Shown here: positions 14,836 to 26,045 of the stretch, piece after piece
How positions within the stretch are numbered: position 1 is the stretch's first letter
Layout: each line of letters opens with the position of its first letter
Assembly: GCA_040954595.2 (NCBI GenBank)
Contig: CM082582.2
Coordinates: forward strand, 9,043,483-9,107,482
Direction: 5' to 3'
Length of the DNA: 64,000 nucleotides
Source: Balanoglossus misakiensis
Lineage: Eukaryota; Animalia; Hemichordata
The notes under the pieces: model-generated
Told to the model about the DNA's origin: nothing
What the model saw: only the letters and a program-made list of their open reading frames with translations
Database searches by the model: none
Program-made: the position numbers and the translations under genes

Positions 14836-15941
14836 TCAGCTTGTATCTTCCACATCTGCCAAGAAGAAACTTACATGAGCCAGGGCACCTTGTGGGAGAA
14901 GAAAAGAAAAATAAACTGAATGATTATTTTCAAAATATTGATAGTACAGAGCTTCAATGGAATATGGTTGTCATCATTAGTATTTTTTACCTGGTGATTT
15001 TCAGTGTGTGTGAAATAAACATGGAGAGTGTATGGTGGTGCCAACAATGACAACTTTTGGAGTTAATTATTTATAATGTAGAAGTTAACTTACTGCCAAT
15101 TATTTCATTCAAATTGCCAGAATCCTTCCACTGCTTGGACAAGGTCTCCACATATTCTTGGTTGTCACAACGCAAGAGGTCTAACAAAAGTTTTCGTTTG
15201 GTGAATCTGGTTAGAACAAGTGAAGGAAAACATTTGAGATTGACCAGTGCAGTCAATGGACAGGACCCACATTTTTTTTACACTTCCCCTTTTATCAATC
15301 TCCATCGCCAAGATGTAAAGGATACTGTTGAGTGAAAGCTCTGTCAATATCATGCAGCCACTCTAACATGTCTGCCAGGGAAGGTTCAGTGGCCGATCTT
15401 TCCAGCGTTCTATCCAAGCCAAGCTGATCAGCATGTCTCTGATATGTCTCCATGCAACGCCTACACTGGCTGCAGACTCCTTTTCTGATTTCCTCCAGCT
15501 TGTCTCTGAAAAGAGAATGCTTTCTCTTTGAACATACAAAGATGTTGAAATCCCAAAGAAAAGGACAGGCAGATTCTCTCTCTGCTCACCATGTTAAAAA
15601 CCAAATTTAATAAGTTGTCTTTGGAAATGGCCCGTCAAAATGCTAAAATTCTGAACCCATGCTAACATATAAACTTACAAGGTCTCTCTCAGCCGTGCAA
15701 TGACAATGTCAAGCGAATAGATCAACTTATATTGCAGTCTATCCTTGATGTCAGGAAAATTTCTTAGTGGCGTGCCCTCTATGTTCACTTGTTTACAACT
15801 CTGGAGTTGCTCACACAAATTGCACAGAGATCCTACATTTTCCGCGCTGTCGTCCACTGTTGTGTTCCAACTTCTCTCCAGTGTGTCAACGTTCCGGAAA
15901 GCTTTCCCAATAACTTTCCGAATTGCCGTCTCCGCCTGCAT
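14836..15941 (-). CDS. AIRIM: AFG2-interacting ribosome maturation factor (C1orf109 homolog), 4 exons
   Basis: SLCNLCEQLQ..PLRNFPDIKDRLQYK, ERSATEPSLADMLEWLHDID, KRKLLL and C-terminal HVSFFLA resemble C1orf109 motifs. The start ATG at 15941 is inferred; upstream in-frame ATGs exist. Confidence 0.85.
15207..15325 (-). other. U12-type (minor spliceosome) GT-AG intron in AIRIM
   Basis: Donor GTATCCTTT at 15325, branch-like TTTTCCTTCAC about 12 nt before the AG at 15207. Removal restores the frame (AFTQQ-FTKRKLL). Confidence 0.8.
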
Positions 15942-16165
15942 TCTCCGTAACTGGACTTCCAACATAGATCTACAGCATGTGAACTTTAACCTTTGACCCA
16001 TACTCTCATACTCCCCACTGGAGGGCGTCATGAGTCATGTGATCTAATGGCGTTCCACCATTGGTTATTCTTTGTCCATTTGAAATAGTGGCGCTTGAAT
16101 CTATGCTCAGGATTGTAAATATCTAGTGTCACTGAGGCAGATTGTGTTCTTTTTCACGACTTAAG
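15942..16165. promoter_or_regulatory. Bidirectional AIRIM/CDCA8 promoter with CCAAT box and CHR-like element; non-coding CDCA8 exon ends at donor 16166
   Basis: ATTGG at 16060-16064, TTTGAA at 16079-16084, AAG/GTGAGT donor at 16166, E-box-like GTCATGTGA ~16034. Confidence 0.55.
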
Positions 16166-16573
16166 GTGAGTTTAACAATGTTAAAGACATCATGGTGTTA
16201 ATGAATTGTCAATGTCCTAATATTTTCAACTTTAAAGGGAATTAATGCCGCCCACCGACGGGTATCAGCGAACTCCGCCTTGCGATGAAAACCTACATAA
16301 TCGGATCCATATTTCTTGCTGGCACTGTTTGATCATGACCCCGGAGGGGGAGGGGTTTAAAAGGCAACTTGAGTACCTGGAACCACTAGTGTCTATGCTG
16401 GAGCCTAAAATTTCACGTGACCAGTCAAAGATGATACTGATAGACAAGCACGAAATGAATCATTCCATTGATGGTTCCAAATCAATCCATCCTGCTTCCA
16501 GTTGTTAACTAAGGGCCTATGGTTTTATGACATGGGTAGATTCACAGCAGATTGCAAATTACATTTACAGAAT

Positions 16574-18412
16574 ATGCCGAGGAAAAGGAAGACAAAGTTA
16601 ACGAGCCGGACAAAGCCAAAGCTTCCTGATGGTGGTGATCCAAGTGATTTGTCCGAAAATGAACGAAGAGAGAAATTGGAATTGTTCTTACATGACTTCG
16701 ACTTAGAAGGTAAAGATATCTAATTCTTGTTGGTAGGTGGTTGGGTGATATAAAATAAACTTGAACTTGTTTAAACCTAAATCTTTTTCCTTCTGTCTGC
16801 AGTTGAAAACAGGATAGAGAAAATGAGGATAGAAGCCAACAATATGTGTTCAGCCATCGGTTCTATCTACAAAGTGGAGATGTTTAAACTTCCCAAAGAC
16901 ATGAGGAACATGACAAGATCAGAATTTTTAGGTAAGCTTGTCCCAGACCAATATTTTCGATGATGAACACCAGAGTGGTGTTCTCCTGGAGCTTTTATGA
17001 TGACTTGGAGCGTAATTGACACTTGTAGTGTAACCCAGGATCTGTCTTCTTTACAGCCAAAGGTGGCAGTGTGGATGCGGTAGCTCTGGAGGAAGTCTCC
17101 AAGGCAGTGGACTCGCTCGCCAGCACTGCAGTATCAACGCTTAAGAAACCCACAAACAGAATACCGCTCAGTAGCGTGGGCAACACAACGTCGACGGGCC
17201 CGCCGTCGGCCGAAACCAAGAGCAACGATTCAGTAACAGAGCCGAGCATCATCGAAATTACAATAAAAGAAGAAGCAGCGTCACCAGAGATCAACAAGAA
17301 TAGGAAGGTATGGTGTCAAGTTTGGGTTTTGAATTTCACGAGAATGATGGAAAACAATTATGTTTGTCACGACATAAGGCATATTGACATAATGAAAAAT
17401 GTGTTATACATGTATGTTTGAATTCTTGGTTTCACATTCAGAGAGGGAGGCCAACAACAGCGGCAAAGGGAAAATCGAAAACTTCAAGCACTGCTGGGAT
17501 GCCTCCTCCAGCACTGGCAACAGTACGTCGTTCAGCCAGGTATGTCCCCATGCCCTCTCCTCAATTGTGAGCAGTTGTAATATTTTATTATCTTCCAAGG
17601 TGCAACTTTATGTAATTCCATTGGGGGAAAAAAGCCTTTTGAAATACTAGTATATGACCAGTATTTTTTTGCTGTCTCACAGGAAACAAACTCAGAGGAA
17701 TGCGTTCGTGACACCAGCAATTCACATGGGTAGACACAATGCACTGACTGCAGGATTGGACACTCCAGCAGTCACTCCAAAATTTGATCCCAGGTGAGAG
17801 GAGACATAATATTTTGTGAATTCTAACTGTACATTCCTGTTAAGTAGTTCAGGCAATTTTGGCAATGTTTCTCACAGTGTTTTTGCAGCATTGGGAACCC
17901 CTCCCATAACTAAGACATTGTTAGGAAATTCTGCCCTAATACTCAGTGTTCAACCAAGGCCTTGTCAGATAACAGTTTTTCTAACCCTCTCTTCCACATA
18001 GGTTACCAATGACACCAGCTATCATGCGTGTACCCAAAGCCGGTGAGAGAATAATGTCCATGGCTGGGTCTCCACTGACCAACATGTCACACAAAGGTGC
18101 CAAGGTAGCTGAGGCTTACATACCGCTGCCAGATGGAAAGGTGTGTACAAACTTTAGCTTTGAAGGTGTCACTCCAAGTAGTAAACTTTCAGGATCACAT
18201 AAATCCATAAATTCTGTTGTAAAACCAAAGCAAGTAATGTTAATTATGTATGTTTATTGCGATTGCAGGCTCTACAGCTAATGGCTGACCAGGACCTACC
18301 AGACGTCAATCTTTCAGAGGTCAACGATACCACAAGGAAAAATTTACTTCTGCTACAGGAGAAGATTTCTAAGATACTGAAACAGCAGCCGGCTGCAAGT
18401 GCAAGTCAGTGA
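16574..18412 (+). CDS. CDCA8: Borealin (chromosomal passenger complex subunit), multi-exon
   Basis: N-terminal KLELFLHDFDLEVENRIE..IYKVEMFKLPK (Borealin_N), TPAVTPKFDPRLPMTP..RVPKAGERIMSMAGSPL, and a C-terminal NLLLLQEKI helix. Confidence 0.85.
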
Positions 18413-19794
18413 TGATATTTACAGCGAATTTTACAGCAGCATAGGACGTAGTCATCTATAAGTCCCTGTCATCCCTCTGACAAGAGTGACGTAGCTTGGT
18501 GCAAACGTCGCACTGGCCGTGAAAGACCGCTGTTGGATGTTTAGGGAATGTAGACACTCTTAGACATGTTGTTTATTACGGTATATGCTAGGTGACCCAA
18601 AGATCAACTACAGCTTGGCGAAAAATTTGTCAATATACACAACTGGCTGTGAACTGTTTTGGCTGTAGTTGCCTTTTCAAACCAGGGTCCAACATGGGAG
18701 AGTGCTTAAAATTGGTCTTTGTATCAGAAACCTTTTACTGTCACCTTTGCTACTCCATATGTAAAATTATTTTGCGTCTTTTTCTTCTCAGTTTTCATCA
18801 GCTCTGTCACTCATTTTGCTATGCATAGCTCTGTTCACAGTCTCATGAGAAATCTTTTGGGTTGAAAAGTGCAGAAATATGTTTGCGATTATAATCATGT
18901 TTTGGTTGTACATGTATCACATAATTTTCCATTTGTGTATATATCCTGTTTCTCTCTGTTTGTTACAGACATTTTAATAAAAGCTCATTTGTTGCCTATA
19001 CTGTTTTTTATTAGCTTACCCCAAAAGCACACTTTTATAGCAAAAGAAATAAATTGGTTAAATTACATCTACTGTGTAGACTAGAGCATTATTCAGAATT
19101 ATTATATGGTGCCAACCTTACGATAAGGAAAATGTGAGGGTTTTTCCCCCTCAAGTAGTGAAGGTGAATGAAAGACCAGATGTGTATGGCTGGTTGAGGT
19201 TACTGTGACACTTGCAGCCAGCGTCACGGCAAAAAGGACATTGCCATATGATGCTTGTGTACTTGACTTCCACATGCCACTGTCATTTTGCCATCTGTGA
19301 CTTAAAGCCACCAGAGTTCATCCTCTCCTGGAAAGTGCCGGAACTTCTGGTGAGTTTTAGAATAGTGCATAGATGTGGGTGGCTTGTCACGATCACATCT
19401 AGGTTTCTGTGAGGTCTCAGCTGTCCCTTTCAGATGGGTGTGTCATGTAACATTTCATCTGTATATTCTTGTATCTGTCCTTGCATGAATTCAGTGTTTT
19501 GGGTTTGTTAAATATTTTAATAGAGATTAAAATTATAGAGTTTTATTATAAAAAAAAGTCATTGATTTGTGTACTTTGTTCTACCCGAGGGGATTTGATG
19601 TACAATGCGCCCTCTTGAGGGAAGAAATCGACACGATTCTGATCGAGGTCAAAGGTCGTGTAGCTTCATGCTTGTTTCGGGGAACCCCATCGAGCATGAA
19701 GACTTCGCATCGAAATATGGCGAGAAAGAACACAATTAGTGTCGACAGTCCATCGTTATTGTTTTAGTAAGCTCCCGCGTGAACAATTCTAACA

Positions 19795-22700
19795 ATGTGG
19801 TTACTTAAAAGTGCCAAAGACGACGGTAAGTTGTCAAGTCTTTCACTTTGCCGCCATTTTTTCGAAATGGCTCCCAAGGTGTACATACATCATTACACAT
19901 GTACATGTCCGGAACTTTTTGGAACTAAATCTTTTTAATTTTATGCACCTTTGTAGATTGTGTACACTACCTGTCAGTTGGGACAGACTACATCGTGGGC
20001 AGGAAAGGTAACACTTGCGTTTTCGTCTTGAAGGTTTTCTTGACTCTTATTTTACTCCACAAAATCTCATGTACTTTCAAGATCATGGATGTACCAAGTT
20101 GACCTTGAGGATGGTGCCATCTTGACACTTCTTGACATTTCTCTCCCCACAGATTGTGTGATTTTAATAGCAAATGACCAGTCAATCAGCCGAAAGCATT
20201 CTGTTCTGACCGTGTCCCATGATCCAGAATCCAATGTGGTAAGTTTAAGAAGTCATATAAATAATCTTGAGTGTATGATTCAGTTTGGTGATAGATATAT
20301 GTCAGGACTCTATGTCTCACTCCATTCTGTTGTACATTTGCAGCTGCAGCCACAGAGATTGCCGACCTTGACATTGAAAGACCTGTCCAAATACGGCACC
20401 TTCATAAACGGTAGCAAAGTAGAGAGTGGATCAACTATAGTCCTGAAGCATGGAGACAAGATTGTCTTTGGCTGCCTCAAGACGAATGAGTGGAAGTAGG
20501 TGCCATGGAGATGTGATTAATCAGATCTGTCAATACATGTATCATTTGGAAATACCCTACTCTATTAGTAAGCTCATATTTCTGTCTGTGTTTGGCTTGT
20601 CAAATAAGTGTTTTGTATTATTGTTCTAATTACCAGCCTCTTTCTTCATTTTACTCGCAGTGTTCACTATGAACCCATGGTTGTCTGTAGTTCATGCTTG
20701 GAAAGAGAAGACAAGAAATCCCTGAAAGGCGTTCTTCTGAAATTGGGCGGCCATTTTGTAACCGAATGGACCAAAGACTGCACGCATCTTGCAATGAGTA
20801 AACTGGATATCACAGTCAAGGTAAAACCCAATTTTAGTACATACACACACGCACGCACAAACTGCATCAGTTCTTTCATATGATTGCCTGTATATTAGGC
20901 ACGTGCTTGATTGAAAAAATGACAGCCTGTTGACCATATCGGATCACATCACTACCCTTGATATTCATGTTTTCACTCGACCTTACTCACACACAGGTGA
21001 TATCAGCATTGATTACATGTTGCCCCATGGTGAAGCCTGAGTTCTTCCGCAAGACACTTGAAGCAGTTGAACAGAAAACAACTCTCCCAGACCCTAAAGA
21101 GTAAGTTTGTCATTCTCTTCTTAGTATCACACTGCAATCATACTACATTCAATTTGAATTGAATAACTTTGGTTATTGTCATCCCATTAGCACAGTTTTT
21201 TTTCACCTTTCACTCTTGGTTTTTCTTTAAAATTTTCAGGTTTCTTCCACCACTAACAGATGCAGCCATCAAAAAAGACAACATCTCGTTTTCCGCTGAC
21301 GAACGTCGCAAGACGATCTTCGAAGACCGGACCTTCATCTTCCTGACTCAGAAACAGTTCAAGAGGCTGAACCAGACCGTCAGTTTCGGGAGCGGGCAGG
21401 CCATACTCATGGAGGAAGGTAGCGATGATGGCAGGGACGATGTTCTGGTTGAAGCGGGCACGTGTGTGTTGCATGCCGACCCACAGGACAATACGCAGCG
21501 GTTGACCCAGAATGCCAAGGAATGGATAACGCACGTGATGGAACTCTTAAAAAGGTTGGTGGATGCCAGATTAAAAATATGTGTCTTCTGTCCAAGGTAT
21601 AGGTTACTCCCAAGCCTTTCTAACAAATTTGGGATGTTGTTGAAATTTTTTATACTTGATATACATGTAGAACATCTGTTTTGTAAATTTAAGGAAGGTG
21701 TTTTATTCTCTGACACAGACATGAGTTGAGGCCAATCCAAGATGCTGAAGTCGGTTTGGCTGTGCTGCACAGTTCATGTGATATACACTGCAATCCAAGA
21801 GTCACACAAGGTAACAAAATGAATCAACATCATTGCAGCTTCCTGTGTATTTTACTTTGAGTATCAAAACTTCACCTAGCTATGCGGGAAATGTCATGTA
21901 TTTTTCATACTGTAAACTTTCCCAACACCATGCTTAAGTCTATATGTTCCTGAAAACATGCACATGTAAGAATAGAGAAAGACAGTATGCTCTTTTAACA
22001 ATTTCAGCCGGAGTCAATCTCATGCAACCATTGCCGTCGCAGAGCTTGGAAACCCAGAGCATTTTAGCAGCTGACACAGAAGCTTCTCAGATCCACACCC
22101 AACGGAACACAGGCGGCGGTTTCGTCATTCCATCCACGGCTGAAAACGTGCGAGCCAGAGATGTACAGAGGAGGGAACATTCCCAAGCGAGGGCACGGAT
22201 CAAACAAGAGCGACTTTCAGGAGATCGGGATGTGGGTGGAAACAGAGGGCGGAATAGCAATGGAGTTGGCGAGGTTTCATCGGACGTTTCACGAATCTCA
22301 GAGACTTTGCAAGAGAGTACAAGAGATGAACCTGCTGTGAGATCCTCGCCCAGAAAAGGAGCGATTACAAGCTACTTTGGAGCAGTCTCTGTTAAAAGGT
22401 ACAGGGGAGTAACATTCCTTTGTAGAAGTTAATGTGTGGAGATGTATAATTATTATTTACAAAGAAACTTCAGTTCAGAATACCCCAGCAAAACAATACA
22501 CATCATTGTGCAGTTTTCTGACTACTGCTTGTTGTATGTCTTCAGAGAACAAGGTCAGGAGAGGACAGAAGCCCTGCCTGTGAAGCTAGGTAGCAGTGAG
22601 CTGGCCAGACATGATACGCACGAGTTCCAGTCACAGACAGATCGCATGGAGAAGCCACAGGCAGGTGAGAGGAACCAGAGACAGACAGACGGTAAGGATC

Positions 22701-24413
22701 ACCAACAGACGAACGGCAGAAGGCAGCAACCGAGAGCTAGTCACAACCAGCCAGAGAGAAGTGAGAAAACAGAAACCATGGCAGTAAAGGAGGAAGCTGC
22801 TCGTGACCTTTCACCCCAGAGTGACAAACGCGACCCAAGAGACACTGATAGGACTGAAATTGGTGGGCAGAGAAAGGCCTTGCAGACAGAGGCGAGAAAG
22901 AGAAATTCGTCTAACATTACAGAGAATCAGAGAAGTGAGACTTTTGATGAGACTGTTCCGACCGTGAAGAGGAAGAGAGGTGATGAAATGGAAGGAATTG
23001 AAGACGAGGAGAGACTCTGGAGTAAACGGAGAAACATCAAACAGGTTGGTTACCATTTCAGGATATCAATGTACTTTCGTATAGTTACTGAGATAACATG
23101 AAAAGAACATGACGGTACTAGTCAGATTTGAGATTTCTAGCAAGGACTGCTGAGAGTTTTTTTTTTTTTATATCTATTCCAGGATATTTCAGAGGACGAC
23201 AGTGTTAGCCAAGAACCGTATGCAGAAGACACAAGACCAAGAACACCCAAAGAAATACCATTTGGGTATATCACCACCACAAAACCGTTGGAGGTATTCA
23301 TGAAATTCTAATACTGTCTATCCATTTTTGTATGCTTTCATGATAATGAGCAGCCAGTCTGAGACAATTAGCATATTTAAATATACCTTGAATGGACAAT
23401 AGAAAGATCACCTTATTTGCATGTTATTTGATGCCACCTGTTGGTGTTAGTGTGTCTGATGAATAGAGTGACAGAATAGTCTCACTTGGGAAGAACTGTT
23501 CAGCGTGTGTGCCTCAGTGGAACACCACAGCCTAGTGAGGTTTGTCCATGGCCGCATGTGCCTGTAGCCTGGTGCATGCAACATGGTCTGTGGGTTCAGT
23601 TGGCTGCAATGCATTATGTCTCTGTTCAGTGAAATTTTGAGGAAAAGCCATGATACCAAACAGCTGTAAAAATTGGTGGGAGAAATCTCTTGACCAACTC
23701 TACTGTGCAGTCATTTACCAATTTTTTGTTCAAGGCAAGGCATTGTAAAACACTAACAGTCTTGATTTTTTCCCTTTCTTTCAACAGGAACAAGTAATGG
23801 TCAACAGGAATTTGGAATACTTAGTGGAAGAGAACTTGCCCAGTAAGCTGATGGTCACAGAGGAGAGGTCACTCATAGTTAGAAGACCCAAGCCACGTAG
23901 GGCACCTGTTGGGACTAATGCCGACGGCCAGCCGGTCAAAAATTTCAAGAAATTTAGAAAGGTGAGGAATTACAAAATTTTGGAAACTACCAACACCAAA
24001 GATTTGTTGCAGGCTAATAAACTGCATCCTGGATTGATTTCTGTTTGCCAAACAAACCACCATCTATCTGAGACTCTGAACTATTCTAACTACCAGTCTT
24101 TTCTCACCAGGCTTCTTACCCAGGTCTTAACAGTCTACCACGGATAATTGGCGGTAGTGATCTTGAAGCCCATAGCAACAAACAGAACAGAGACGTTGAG
24201 GATTGGTTTCAAGAGCAATTACAGGTAAATATCACCGCAGATGCACTGATGACATTTGTTTTGCCTGTATCTTTCCCCTATCTGTGTTACTGTAAATACA
24301 AAGCATTTATTTTGATACCATTTCAGTTTGAAAGCCAGGAAGACCAGACTAACTCCTTGGCTGATGATCTGTTCAACTGGGAACCTAAAACGAAAAAGTC
24401 CCGCAAACGCTAG
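19795..24413 (+). CDS. NBN: Nibrin/NBS1 (FHA, tandem BRCT, MRE11- and ATM-binding motifs), multi-exon
   Basis: MWLLK start, FHA (YIVGRK, DQSISRKH, DLSKYGTFIN), BRCT (YEPMVVCSSCL, WTKDCTHLAM), KNFKKFRK, and terminal SLADDLF..KKSRKR*. Confidence 0.95.
23435..23666 (+). ncRNA. Candidate structured intronic RNA of unassigned family in NBN intron 23294-23787
   Basis: Nested complementary segments whose non-Watson-Crick positions are G.U on the + strand (see findings). No family recognised. Confidence 0.4.
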
Positions 24414-26045
24414 GTTTGTAAGAATATTTTCTATCTTTCCACTTTCCTCCTTTTATACAGAAATGACCAGTAGATGTTCATTGTGAAAAGGTGGTGTTAA
24501 AATATGAAAGGTTAATGATGATTTGGTAAAAGGTCTGAGGTCCTAAATACGATCACAGAAAATGAAGTTACTCACCCGAAATGTAGCCTTGTCAGTTCTG
24601 GGCCATAATGCAAGTTCCAGTTATTGCCCGCGACAAGACTGCAGACATCATACAAGTCAACCGGGGACTGAACAACTAGAAGCCTTTGTTGTTCTATATT
24701 GGGTGTTGACTTACACAGTGTGTATGGGTGTTGTGTGTGAGTGTGTGTGATGGTAACTCGCCTCTGTGATCAGGACGGTGATTCTAAGTTTTCAAACTGA
24801 AACCTTTCATTATCACTTTGTTATAATATTGACTGTGTAGGTTGATCTTCAGGATAAGCTCCATCTTTGTCTCGACTTTTCTTGCAGATCCGCAGCGTGA
24901 TATGTCAACGAAGACTGGAGAAGTTTGAAGCTGGTCAGTCACCCTACCCTACCTCCTGTCCACACCAAAGAATGGTGGCGAAGACAGGGGTGTGCTCACT
25001 GCCTGACTGGTCAACCCAAAGTCGAGAACAGTGTTCAATGTCTGCTGGAATGACAGAGAATCCATTGGCCTGCCTTGAAACTGTCATTACCTGATACCCT
25101 CTGTATGTTCGTCAGCTCTTCAGACTTGGTTTATAATAAGAATGTCAACAAATTTTGAAAAATTTAAACTACATACCAACACAAACACCAGAATGTAAGG
25201 GATAGTCTTAGAACATTGATCATAAAAGAAGTCAACCTTTTCTGTTGCCTAATAGGACATGCTGTATATACGGTTTTGGTGTTGTAATGTTGAATTGTTA
25301 TCTTATGGCACAATCAGGGTATAAATGCAAAACACAGGCATTGTAGAAGGTATGCAAGTTTTATTCGTACAATTAGCAGCTGCTACCATAAATTGTACAG
25401 TTCATAGAGTTGTTTATTTCAATGTGCACAACTTCATATTTCAAATTTGAAATAAAAATTTGTTTAAGATATATTCATTTGCCTCTAGTACATCTGTTGT
25501 ATATTTCTCTTCATACCACTGCCTCATCAAATTGGAAAATTTGCATTGAATAATTCAAGGGGGGAATATACCCACTACAGTGGTTTACATGTAGAACTGA
25601 TATTCTTTCCCTCGATCATTTAAACTGTTCAACTCATTCCACCATGCTTATGGAATGGTCTGAAAAACTAAGTAATTCTAAACAGCATAGAGCAGCATTT
25701 GTAAATCTGAAATTTTTGTGTAAATTTCCAATACATCTAGTTTTATCGTACACATAGTGTACCACTAAAACATTCTTACATAGTACATGAAAAAGGTCTA
25801 CCCTGGAATCAAATCACAAGAATTAAGCTCTCAAATGAATCATAAGTGTGAGGGTCAAAAGGCAGGTTTGTGGGGCTTTATGCTAAATTTACTGCCATTA
25901 TATTTTATAAAATGGCATTGTGACTGCTCGATCGACTGATAACACTAAGACGATTTTTTAAAATCGGAAATTAACAGAAATGACGTTGAACCAAACCATG
26001 GTGTCGAAAGGGTTAACACTCTGATTATTTGTGTTTCATGAGTTT

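Noticed and set aside
18410-19200. Selenocysteine readthrough of the CDCA8 TGA TGA and a SECIS-like AUGA..GA near 19158
   Set aside because: The stem is too short, there is no apical AA, and borealin is not a known selenoprotein.
23435-23675. Assignment of the NBN intronic element as RNase P, SRP, U17 or a hammerhead
   Set aside because: GGGAAGAACUG only partly resembles CR-I and has no proper P4 partner. GUGCCUGUAG similarity to the SRP Alu domain is short. The U17 m1 motif is absent. CUGAUGA..GAAA does not form the hammerhead junction.
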